Assembly (NCBI GenBank): GCA_964493695.1
Contig: CAZBPG010000004.1
Span: forward strand, 40,466-104,465
Origin: an uncultured Chitinophaga sp.
GTDB taxonomy: Bacteria > Bacteroidota > Bacteroidia > Chitinophagales > LD1
DNA: 64,000 bases
Direction: 5' to 3'
Part shown: in pieces, positions 15,001-19,362 of the stretch
Numbering within the stretch: position 1 is the first letter of the stretch
How the letters are laid out: every line of letters starts with the position of its first letter
Notes under the pieces: model-generated
Databases searched by the model: none
What the model saw: the letters and a program-made list of their open reading frames with translations, nothing else
Told to the model about the DNA's origin: nothing
Program-made: the position numbers and the translations under genes

Positions 15001-15957
15001 ACTGTAATTTCCACCGGTGTTCTTGGAGATGTTACGGTTGATTACTACATCTGCGATAACGGATTGCCTGTTAAATGTGATACCGGCACGATAGTCATTC
15101 ATATCGACCCTTGTGATAAGCCGGTGGTTAAGGATATTTATGATACCATCCAGTCATGTGCACATAACGATTCGATTTGTCTGGATGAATATGTTACGCT
15201 AAGCGACACGTATACCTGGTCAATCACCGGAATGTGTGCTCCGCAAAACGGTACGGTTACCAACTTGGCAACATGTTTCACTTATACGCCAAACCAGAAT
15301 TTCTTTGGCAATGACACTTTCTGTGTAATTGTGTGCAGTAATATTGAAATATGTGACACCGCTCTTGTAATTATGACTTCTGTTGATTGTAACATTCAGG
15401 CCGTAGACGAGTCATGCGATTTAGATACTACAATTATCAATACACCGATAACAGTAGATATTCTTGCCAACGATATTATTCCTTGGGCAGGCGATACTAC
15501 GGTTACGTTACTGACGCTTCCAGCAAATGGTTCAGCTGTTGTAAACAACGATAATACTGTAACCTACACGCCTAATACTGATTATAAAGGCAGCGATGAG
15601 TTTAGCTACTTAGTGTGTGCTGTTACCGGTGATTACGTTTATTGCGATACAGCAACAGTTTGTATCACTGTGATAGACACCATACAACCTTGCTACATAC
15701 CAAATGCATTCTCACCAAACGGTGATGGTGCAAATGACCTTTACAAGATACCTTGCGATAAGAATCCGAGAGCAACGCTTCGCGTGTTCAACCGTTGGGG
15801 TGTTGAAGTTTGGTACAGCGAAGGTGCATATGCAAACGATTGGGGTGGAACGAACATGCAGGGTACACCGCTGCCTGATGGAACTTACTACATCATTTAC
15901 GAATACAATGACGGCACCGGTAAGCGGGAAGCCAAGTTTGTTGTAATTCAACGATAA
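1..15957 (+). CDS. Giant (>5,300 aa, 5' end outside window) T9SS-secreted cell-surface repeat adhesin with type B (gliding-motility/CHU_C-type) C-terminal sorting domain
   Basis: One uninterrupted frame runs from nt 1 to TAA 15955-15957. Residues PIVLTDPSNP at nt 1-30 repeat the internal unit GSITLTDPSNP, so the gene starts upstream of the window and the TTG at nt 10 is not the start. The translation shows Ig-like W-T-G-P modules, cadherin-like ~95-100-aa units, PKD-like units, 23 GG-x-x-P-Y-x-Y-x-W modules, a second cadherin-like block and a C-terminal IPNAFSPNGDGANDLY...FNRWG...DGTYYIIYEY sorting domain. Confidence 0.93.
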   Translation, partial: PIVLTDPSNPSSPTNVIASPNPICINNTLTLSATGSSLSWTGPSSYSATGSPVTRLITTTLFGGTYSVTQTVANCTSAPATVTVVVKPTPGITSTSFTNPTTCGGTNGSITLNGLFADSTYSVTYDKNSVAQGPFTIAANGSGQVVISGLTAGTYSNFVVTLSGCPSNPVIGSITLTDPSNPPAPTNVTASPNPICSGNTLTLSATGSNLAWTGPLSYSGSGSPVTISITAVTQGGIYSVTQTVANCVSPPATVTVVVNPTPIITSTSGANPTTCGGTEGTITLSGLNTSTSYTVNYNKNASPVGPVLISTNVSGQLVITGLTAGTYSNIVVTLTGCPSAAAGPITLTDPANPAAPVATNSGPSCYGDTLKLFASNVLNGTYVWTGPGGYTSTEQNPIRVNATPAMSGVYSVVVTVANCNSTPATTSVTVASCPPVAVNDNYSTNEDQSLTVSAPGVLTNDYDPANPQQPITANTTPVSNPVHGTVTLNADGSFTYTPSANFNGLDSFIYSICDNEAPPACDTATVYITVVPVNDPPVVPDTTVTTPEDTAITVCIPITDPESGTQSHLIQSIYCGPSNGTIGSATINNGLLPHTLCVTYNPNLNFNGTDSICLVICDNGTPQLCDTTKVTIIVTPVNDPPIAVEDYYVSCLDTAIVKNVMTNDSDVDGPALAVTGALWGPSIGTLSLFANGSFTYTPTPFFNSLDSFSYRICDNGTPNLCDTAVVILDYTCTNTPPVAVNDNYTIPEDDTLIGNVSTNDYDPNGDSLIYNTTPVAGVSHGSLTLNNDGTFTYVPTPNYFGPDSFVYSVCDNGVPPLCDTATAYITVIPVNDPPYIPDTTVTTPEDTPTTVCIEITDIDVTNTHVSIVGCNPANGSLSSLSVNNLSNPHLVCVTYSPNTNFNGTDSFCIVVCDNGVPSACDTSVVTIIVTPVNDPPVANNDNYSTNEDTQLNVGAPGVQSNDSDPDGTTLTSTLVSGTSNGSVTLNPNGSFTYTPNTNFTGTDTFVYSVCDAGIPLPPLCDTAIVVITVNPVNDPPFIPDTTVTTPEDTPTTVCIPITDPETTTQIHLAFLCDNPNSGSITAPSVNLASNPHTVCVTYTPNTNFNGTDSFCVIVCDNGNPILCDTSIVTIVVTPVNDPPVANNDNYSTGEDTPLNVGAPGVQSNDSDPDGTTLTSTIVTGTSNGSVTLNPNGSFTYTPDANFNGTDTFVYSICDAGIPLPPLCDTAIVVITVNPQNDPPYVPDTTVTTPEDTAITVCLPISDGDVGQQYIATICGTPANGLITFGPVVNNGSIPPTVCVTYTPNTNFNGIDSLCITVCDNGIPFLCDNSIVKINVTPVNDPPVANNDSYTTPEDTPLNVTPSGVLGNDNDPDGTALTSTLIDSTSNGSLVLNGNGSFTYVPNSNYNGTDTFYYSACDAGIPLPSLCDTAMVVITVTPGNDPPEIPDTTVTTCEDCPITVCLPITDTDSLDVHSYTSLCPGQNGTVTGTTINQSTNTLCFTYTPYLNVNGSDTVCFIVCDNGTPQGCDTTTITILITPVNDPPYADTIYVVTFENQPVGVNVASATGDPEGNPLSYSYYGVIPGGGTYGITGNGAIVVYPNPGFTGTFAIPYSVCDLSPYPVNILCDSAAIIVTVLPEGDTLINHSPVASNDYVTTSLNTPVVVNELANDYDPDGDALQVTVTCTPDDGNYTVNPNGTINYFPDNGFFGFDTICYTICDPTAVNNPKPLCDNAIVVIYVSTDSTSFENDPPVAVDDFAYICADANATLNLLLNDNDPNGDAITSVSIIDNVDYGVLSNAGFGFYVYTPNGSAALNDTLLYEICDNGTPSLCDTGMAVIFINATPVVTPSVGSAIVCSNDNVNITFTSSVPGTVISWTATNGTSGTGNINTVLTNNTSVDQVVTYTVSGTTGFGCGSSALIIPVTVKPRPVITFTSNGSIFCSGEQVVINANSNIAGTTYTWSGTNGSSGTGSLISDNPVNSGTANITVTYTIIPTYNGCVGNTLAVDVTVKPQPSLTVNPATQTICSGAPISIAITPSISGTSVNWFGSNGNSGNSLTINDSPFNFGSSNITVTYTVNGNYNGCPANTVFATVVVRPRVVADAGQDKTVVACTGSCVIIGSSPTGAGGSGTLAYAWSPSAGLNDSTLANPTACGLLVNTTYTVIVSDGSGCSATDQVTITSTPNPLSAEAGAGGALCLGSGDSVMLGGFPTAVGGVAPYTYTWSPLTGLNLTNNANPDAFPTTTTEYFVTVTDQIGCQSVDSTVVTVYPVLVANAGADTTVCATFAAQLGGTPTASGGSGTGYTYIWSPTVGISNVNDANPTATPAVLTTYSVYVADGNGCTATDNVIVTVHSNPTAHAGPDKTIVTCSGDSTTIGDVPAVTGGTGPYTYSWTPAIGLSNDTIANPVVKGITVTTTYMLSITDANGCVSTDNVTVNVVTNTLQAQAGPDEAVCSNNNCVQVGGIPTAVGGTPPYVYDWSNGTSLSDSTASNPLACPSSTTTYTVVVTDSKGCTATDAETVTVNPSPSANAGPDTSVCSGSSIAIGGAPTATGGTPGYAYSWNPTVGLSLPNVANPSASPVVVTTYQLIVTDAKGCAALDEVTVTPRPNPVVDAGADKTLVSCVADTAFMLVNVTGGTSPYSFVWSPATGLSSSTVQNPYATGLTVTTSYQVAATDTFGCSATDFIVVNVVQSTLQADAGNDGQLCGNSGSSVSLGGIPTAVGGTSPYTYNWGTSTSSVSNLPNPTVSPTVTTTYYVTVTDSKGCTSVDSVTVVFNPAPSADAGTDTTMCSGFCVTIGGTPATVGGTGPYQFLWSPTVGLNSNNNPNPLACPLVTTTYNLLVTDANGCQSSDAVTITILSNPTANAGPDQTLVNCSSDSITIGGSPAASGGAGGYAYSWSPSGGLSADSIANPFVKGINVSQLYTLVVTDLYGCSAEDAVVVNVVPGNLTAEAGSGGSYCQGIGGSVTLGGVPTAVGGTPSYSYSWSGGLSPVANPVASPASTTTYYVTVSDSKGCIAVDSVTVTVNPAPMANAGADTTLCGGLSVMLGGEPTASGGTPGYTYVWAPSTGLSNSAASNPTATPNATTTYTVRVTDANGCSASDAVQVTILALPVADAGADQTLVACSADSVQIGGSPSASGGTTPYTYDWSPNGGLSDTSASNPYVSLLGSSTTFTLVVTSNNGCSASDQVTVNVNNSTLVAEAGNDVAFCEGASVSITLGGSPTAVGGTAPFSYSWSPATGLSSTSAANPVATPLVTTTYSVIVTDATGCVAGDTVRITINPRPVVSAGLADTVCAGSAIQIGGTPTASGGTGSYSYSWNLGLPAVANPIINPIATLTYVVTVTDSLGCSNNGSVTIKVNQNPTADAGADQTVVACPDACVTLGGSPTSTGGGGGYLYAWAPSAGLNNTGLSNPSACNLSQSLTYNLTVTDANGCTAIDQVSVTVNQSTLAADAGNDKSICAGQPICITIGGTNAVSGGTSPYVIDWSPVAGICNSNVIPNPDVNPTDTTTYVLLVTDALGCIAVDSMVVYANPAVTASVSPDTAICQGGSALLGSSPTGSGGTSPFTYSWNPGSGLNNTTSANPIASPSATTSYCVTVTDAVGCSSSTCQTVTVNAGVTADAGQDRTITECPGAFTILGGSPTGSGGSNNYSYAWSPTANLNGSTIPNPIATGLTVTTTFTVTVTDNATGCFSTDQVVVTVLKTNLGVDAGSNKVFCANSTGCVVIGGNPTAIGGQPPYIYQWAPVTGMNDPTIANPCVAPINTTQYLVTVTDQLGCFEVDSMTVIVSPLIAVNAGNDTSICTATSVILGGNPPAVGGTTPYTYAWSLGAFPSSSAHPTATPVSNSSYTLVVTDSLGCSSSDIVNVALRPLPTASAGPDATITACTADSAVIGGAPTASGTTPPYTYEWNPPVALNNANASNPVVQNLGFTTLYTVTVVDTFGCSATDQTQVTVLPNTLFAEAGVNIGSLCANVGGCVTLGGNPTVTGGVPAYSYNWLGGVNDPTSPNPSACPVVTTTYTVIVTDQDGCESSDTIQVIVNDPPNASVVGLNSSYCINDPNVVMTGSPSGGIFSGPGVTGNVFQPASVGEGYWCIQYSYMDPLTGCADDTTICVTVNPLPAVTASGFAPAYCRFDAPVTLVGSPAGGIFTGSSGLSGVDGSTFEPSTATVGNNVITYTYTDLQSGCSNTYIFVINVKDAPAISISASIDTSCQGASVTFTPAFSFDVFNIVWSLDGGGNIGAGLNPFTYTPETTDYCVIATAINTPNGCVSTDTICGHVNQPPVANDDFAETCEEIPVPIQVILNDTDPEGDNSDVTVITTGHGSSTVSGNVLTYTSNVDYFGSDTITYQVCNTACVNACDTGTVIVSVCPVNDPPVITDVVDTIYINTSDTVCPPIEDVDDAINTLTVTTFDCDTINGTISVLNGCIVYVPTTDWTGTQVICVSVCDTSGTCDTGTVTIVVIPANNPPIAQKVSVVTCERTTVGVNVASATTDPDGNLMTYSYGAVTGPGTGIWVVTGNGSGVFVANTPGVYHIPYSVCDISNIPVSPLCDTNEIVVTVIECDSSNTPPVATDDEVITTVNTPIVVNELANDYDADGDPLNVAIICGPGLGQAQVSLNPDNTISYSSPVAGIDTICYTICDPSGACDTAIIVIHVNTTVDANHPPVAVDDFETTTYQTPVDINVQGNDHDPDGNPITTTSIPGPPTGGTATINPDGTINYVPTTANAYDPDTFTYVICDNGNPALCDTATVVVYIINSVVAVDECTETGYNHPVVINVLSNDYDPDIIDSIWVSSSFNLQNTQGTTFVDSKGMIHYIPNSDSCGYIDTFAYIIQDEGGAVDTGYVCVVITCCKAPIAVMDTAQVISGDSVSVNVTLNDTIDGPTPVHVVVIGPSHGTAYFVDSVNVMYVPDAGYCGYDTFTYAGENLCGFDTGFVVVNVICNTKPIAFNDTFNLCRFDTLTLFPELNDVDADGNTLTISGIGTPSSSGLLTVLALTDSSVTVISTGVLGDVTVDYYICDNGLPVKCDTGTIVIHIDPCDKPVVKDIYDTIQSCAHNDSICLDEYVTLSDTYTWSITGMCAPQNGTVTNLATCFTYTPNQNFFGNDTFCVIVCSNIEICDTALVIMTSVDCNIQAVDESCDLDTTIINTPITVDILANDIIPWAGDTTVTLLTLPANGSAVVNNDNTVTYTPNTDYKGSDEFSYLVCAVTGDYVYCDTATVCITVIDTIQPCYIPNAFSPNGDGANDLYKIPCDKNPRATLRVFNRWGVEVWYSEGAYANDWGGTNMQGTPLPDGTYYIIYEYNDGTGKREAKFVVIQR
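1300..5520 (+). repeat. First block of ~14 cadherin-like (~95-100 aa) tandem domains inside the giant adhesin
   Basis: Units of the form PPVA(V/N)NDxY..ED..L.V...GV..ND.DP(D/N)G...GSFTYTP...F.G.D.F.Y..CD.G.P..CDTA.V.ITV.PVNDPP recur. They alternate with PP.IPDTTVTTPEDT..TVC.PI.D.. units. Confidence 0.8.
6292..12129 (+). repeat. 23 tandem ~85-aa modules (core GG-x-x-P-Y-x-Y-x-W-S/N-P ... TTTY.V.VTD..GC...D.V.V) organised as a 3-module super-repeat
   Basis: I parsed the modules by hand from the translation. Types a (ADAG.DKT.V.C...TL), b (AEAG..G..C) and c (ANAG.DT..C) recur in strict a-b-c order, giving 7 full triplets plus a-b. The span is 5,838 nt, or 1,946 aa for 23 modules. Confidence 0.85.
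12832..15690 (+). repeat. Second block of cadherin-like tandem domains inside the giant adhesin
   Basis: PPVA(N/T/V)DD... ND(T/Y)DP(E/D)GD ... CDT(A/G).V.V units resume at NQPPVANDDFAETCEE and continue to ...YCDTATVCITVIDT. Confidence 0.75.
15691..15954 (+). other. T9SS type B C-terminal sorting domain (TIGR04131-like) of the giant adhesin
   Basis: The sequence is CYIPNAFSPNGDGANDLYKIP...LRVFNRWGVEVWYSE...WGGTNMQGTPLPDGTYYIIYEYNDGTGKREAKFVVIQR. Similar tails occur at 43525-43765 (NAFTPNNDGVNDVF...NRWG...GTYYYI) and, on the minus strand, at 63657-63950. Confidence 0.85.
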
Positions 15958-15966
15958 GTTAACTAC

Positions 15967-16001
15967 GGTCTTCTCTGCTGATACCAGCAGAGAAGACCTT
16001 T
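15967..16001 (+). terminator. Rho-independent-type hairpin after the giant adhesin gene
   Basis: GGTCTTCTCTGCTG (15967-15980), loop ATAC, then CAGCAGAGAAGACC (15985-15998): a perfect 14-bp stem followed by TTT, starting 10 nt after the stop codon. Confidence 0.7.
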
Positions 16002-16031
16002 AAAAATATTTAACCGATAAACAGTTTTATT

Positions 16032-17021
16032 ATGAAGAAGATACTTACTACAGCACTAATGGCTCTCGCGGTTTTCACAGGGGTGAAAGCACAACAAGAT
16101 GCTGCTTACAGCATGTATATGTTCAACGGTTTATTTCTGAATCCTGCTTATGCAGGTAGTCAGGAGGTAATTAGTGTAATGGCCATTTACCGACACCAAT
16201 GGGCGGGATTGGAAGGAGCACCTAAAACGGTCAATGCAAGTGTGCATTCTCCTTTCCGAAGAGACCAATATGCTGTTGGCTTAACTATTACTAATGATAG
16301 GCTGGGTTTGGCAAATAATTTCTCGGTAACACCGGCATTTTCCTACCGGTTGAAACTGAAGGGTAATAACCGTTTATGTTTCGGGGTGCAGGCATCCTTT
16401 GCATATTTCTATCAAAATAACGGTAAGGCGCAACTGCCGGATTTTAATGCTCCGGATAACGCTTTTGCTCTTAATGCAAATTTGTTTGTTCCTAATATCG
16501 GGTTCGGAATTTATGCTTATGGCAAAAGATATTTTATTGGGGTTTCTGTTCCTCACCTGTTACCTTCAAAATTGCGTGATAAAACCGGAGTATCCGGTTA
16601 CAATACTTCTATTGCACGTATGTATAACCACTATCTCTTTACGGCAGGTTATGTATTCGGTAAGGAAGCTTCTATCGTAAAGGTTCGTCCTTCTATCTTA
16701 ATGAAATGGCAAAAGGGCTTGCCTAAGAATATCCCTCAGTTCGATATCAACTTAGCTTTGTTGTTTGTTGAAAGAGTGTGGTTGGGTTTTGGTTACCGCA
16801 CAGCAGGTGACGGACAAGGTTCTATGAATTATGTAGGTCAGTCTGCCAATGTGTTTGTGAACTTTAAAGCAACACCGCAGTTGCAGATTGGATATTGCTA
16901 CGATGCTGAAATTTCGAGTCTCCGCAAATACACCAGCGGTACGCATGAAATTATGATCGGTTATGATTTTTGGTACAACAAAAAGCGTTTCGTAACACCG
17001 CGTTTTGTGAAATATTTTTAA
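16032..17021 (+). CDS. PorP/SprF-family T9SS outer-membrane protein
   Basis: A signal peptide is followed by AQQDAAYSMYMFNGLFLNPAYAG...YRHQWAGLEGAPKT, the N-terminal signature of PorP/SprF proteins. The gene is 329 aa and starts 74 nt downstream of a type B CTD cargo gene. Confidence 0.85.
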   Translation: MKKILTTALMALAVFTGVKAQQDAAYSMYMFNGLFLNPAYAGSQEVISVMAIYRHQWAGLEGAPKTVNASVHSPFRRDQYAVGLTITNDRLGLANNFSVTPAFSYRLKLKGNNRLCFGVQASFAYFYQNNGKAQLPDFNAPDNAFALNANLFVPNIGFGIYAYGKRYFIGVSVPHLLPSKLRDKTGVSGYNTSIARMYNHYLFTAGYVFGKEASIVKVRPSILMKWQKGLPKNIPQFDINLALLFVERVWLGFGYRTAGDGQGSMNYVGQSANVFVNFKATPQLQIGYCYDAEISSLRKYTSGTHEIMIGYDFWYNKKRFVTPRFVKYF

Positions 17022-17054
17022 AGAATTTTCGGGTAACCCCTAAAATATACGACT

Positions 17055-19280
17055 ATGAGTTTGAAGAAATCCCTGACTATCCTGCTCGCCTTCGGAATGC
17101 TTTTCGCAGCGAATGCAGAGAAACCAATCGTAAAAGTGGGCGATTGGTATTACAAACAGTTCGACTATCGTAAGGCAATTTTGTTTTACGAGAAGGCTTT
17201 GAAAAAGGACGAGAAGAACGTGTATGTTCTGCAAAAAATTGCGGACAGTTATCGCCTGATAAACGATTGGGTAAAAGCCGAGCCTTATTACGCAAGTTTG
17301 GCACAATCAGAGAACGCCAATTCGGTGAACAAACTCTATTATGCAGAATCACTTCGGGCCAATCAAAAGTATCCGGAAGCTAAAGTTTATTATAAACAGT
17401 ATCAGGATGTAGCTCCTACCGATGTTAGTGTTAAAGAAAGATTACAGGGACTAGATAAGGTGGAAGAGTTGAGTAAAGACCATGGTTTTTATGATGTAAA
17501 AAACATGGATAAGATAAATTCCAAGTATTCTGATTTTGGGGTTTCGCTTTACAAGGATACCGGAATTTACTTTTGCTCAAACAGGTTTCCCGATGCTTAT
17601 GTAGTTCATAAAGATGTATGGACGCATGGAAACTTTCTGCAGATTTATGAAGCATTTAAGGATGATACCTCCAACGGAGATATCAGCAAATGCACTTTGA
17701 TGAGCGGAAGGACACTCAATAAGAAATTCCACGAAGGAACTTCCAGCTACAACGATAAAATGCAGGAGCTTTATATTGACAGAAGCAACTATAACGGAAA
17801 ACGTGCCTTCACAGCAGCTGACAAAACAGTGAAATTGAAGATTTACAGAATTGTCTGGTTGCCTGATGCAAATCGTTGGGGCGATGAATTGATTGAAGCC
17901 GTTCCTTTCAACGATAAGGAGTATTCTGTTTGTCATCCGTCACTTTCAAAAGATGGTAAAACTATCTTCTTCGCCAGCGATAAACCGGGCGGATACGGTG
18001 GAGTAGATATTTATATGAGTTTACGGGAGATTGGCGGACAATGGGGAACACCAATCAACCTCGGGCCTAAGGTGAATACTTCAGGTGATGAAATGTTTCC
18101 TTACACAGCAGAGGATGGTGCGCTCTATTTCTCTTCTAACGGGCACACCGGTTTAGGGGGGCTGGATGTTTTCAGCACTACTATGATTAAGACCGGTAAC
18201 AAAATGACCAACTGGACAGATCCGGAAAATCTCGGTTATCCTGTTAATACAAATGCTGATGATTTTGGTTATGTGATTAACCGTGATAATAAGAAAGGCT
18301 ATTTCTGCTCTAACCGCGAAGGAGGACAGGGCGATGACGATATCTACAGTTTTACGAAGAAGGGAATTATACTGAATGGAATTGTTTATGATGCGGCTAC
18401 TGGGCTTCCTATTGAAGGTGCTCAGGTGGTAATGAAAGATGAAGATGTAGAGAAAGGAAAGTTGAAATCAGGAAAAGAAGGCGATTTTACTTTTGCTGCT
18501 ACACCGGGAAAGAAGTATAAATTTTTCGCAACCAAACAGGGTTACCTTCCTGCTGAGTTATCGGTTGATGTAAAGGAAAAGCCGGAACTGGTGAAGATAC
18601 CAATGGTAGCAGAAGGGGGTATTACGCTTGAAGTAACCGTGCTTGACAAAAAAACACGCGACCCGTTGGAGTCGGCAAAGGTGAAGGTAACCAACCTCAC
18701 TACCAGTAAAGATGAACCCTGCATGACCAATAAGGACGGCAAGTGTTTCTTTGTATTGGAGCCGAATACCAATTACCGTTTGGAGGCATCGAAAGAAACC
18801 GGGGAGCCGGACACAAAATATTTGACGGTTACAGCAACTCAATCAACTATTGGCAAAGTTGCACCGGCAACGCTTTACAGCGTGCTTGAATTGGAAAAGG
18901 TGAAGAAAGGTGTGGCAATCAAGGTAGAGAACATTTATTATGACCTGGATAAGTGGTTTATCCGTCCTGATGCTGCAAAGGAGTTGGATAAGCTGGTGAA
19001 AATTTTGAAGGACAACCCGACCATGGAAATTGAGTTGAGTTCACATACTGACTGCCGTGCAACTGCAAAATATAACATGCAGCTTTCCAGCAAGCGTGCG
19101 GAATCATGTGTTAACTACATGGCTTCACAAGGAGTAGAAGGCCGTAGAATGATTGCAGCCGGTTACGGTGAAAGCCGTCTTGTGAATAAATGCCAGTGCG
19201 AAGGAACAGTAGCCGTTCCTTGTTCCGATCCCGAGCATCAGGAGAACAGAAGAACAGAGTTTAAAATTCTGAAGTTCTAA
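17055..19280 (+). CDS. PorE-like multidomain OmpA-family protein (TPR + TolB-like beta-propeller + carboxypeptidase-regulatory-like domains + OmpA_C peptidoglycan-binding domain)
   Basis: TPR-like N-terminus (YYKQFDYRKAILFYEKAL...). PD40-type blades (DGKTIFFASDKPGGYGGVDIYMS; DGALYFSSNGHTGLGGLDVFS; KGYFCSNREGGQGDDDIYSF). A CRD-like segment (LNGIVYDAATGLPIEGAQVVM). An OmpA_C tail (IYYDLDKWFIRPDAAKELDKLV...SHTDCRATAKYNMQLSSKRAES...NRRTEFKI). Confidence 0.85.
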   Translation: MSLKKSLTILLAFGMLFAANAEKPIVKVGDWYYKQFDYRKAILFYEKALKKDEKNVYVLQKIADSYRLINDWVKAEPYYASLAQSENANSVNKLYYAESLRANQKYPEAKVYYKQYQDVAPTDVSVKERLQGLDKVEELSKDHGFYDVKNMDKINSKYSDFGVSLYKDTGIYFCSNRFPDAYVVHKDVWTHGNFLQIYEAFKDDTSNGDISKCTLMSGRTLNKKFHEGTSSYNDKMQELYIDRSNYNGKRAFTAADKTVKLKIYRIVWLPDANRWGDELIEAVPFNDKEYSVCHPSLSKDGKTIFFASDKPGGYGGVDIYMSLREIGGQWGTPINLGPKVNTSGDEMFPYTAEDGALYFSSNGHTGLGGLDVFSTTMIKTGNKMTNWTDPENLGYPVNTNADDFGYVINRDNKKGYFCSNREGGQGDDDIYSFTKKGIILNGIVYDAATGLPIEGAQVVMKDEDVEKGKLKSGKEGDFTFAATPGKKYKFFATKQGYLPAELSVDVKEKPELVKIPMVAEGGITLEVTVLDKKTRDPLESAKVKVTNLTTSKDEPCMTNKDGKCFFVLEPNTNYRLEASKETGEPDTKYLTVTATQSTIGKVAPATLYSVLELEKVKKGVAIKVENIYYDLDKWFIRPDAAKELDKLVKILKDNPTMEIELSSHTDCRATAKYNMQLSSKRAESCVNYMASQGVEGRRMIAAGYGESRLVNKCQCEGTVAVPCSDPEHQENRRTEFKILKF

Positions 19281-19297
19281 ACTGCTCCCACTTTCAG

Positions 19298-19340
19298 CAA
19301 GAGCCGTCTCCGTTTACACGGGACGGCTCTTGTTATTTAT
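19298..19340 (+). terminator. Hairpin terminator after the PorE-like gene
   Basis: CAAGAGCCGTC (19298-19308) pairs with GACGGCTCTTG (19322-19332). An extra CCG/CGG pairing extends the stem, and TTATTTAT follows. Confidence 0.6.
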
Positions 19341-19362
19341 AAGCAATTATCTTCGCCCACCG

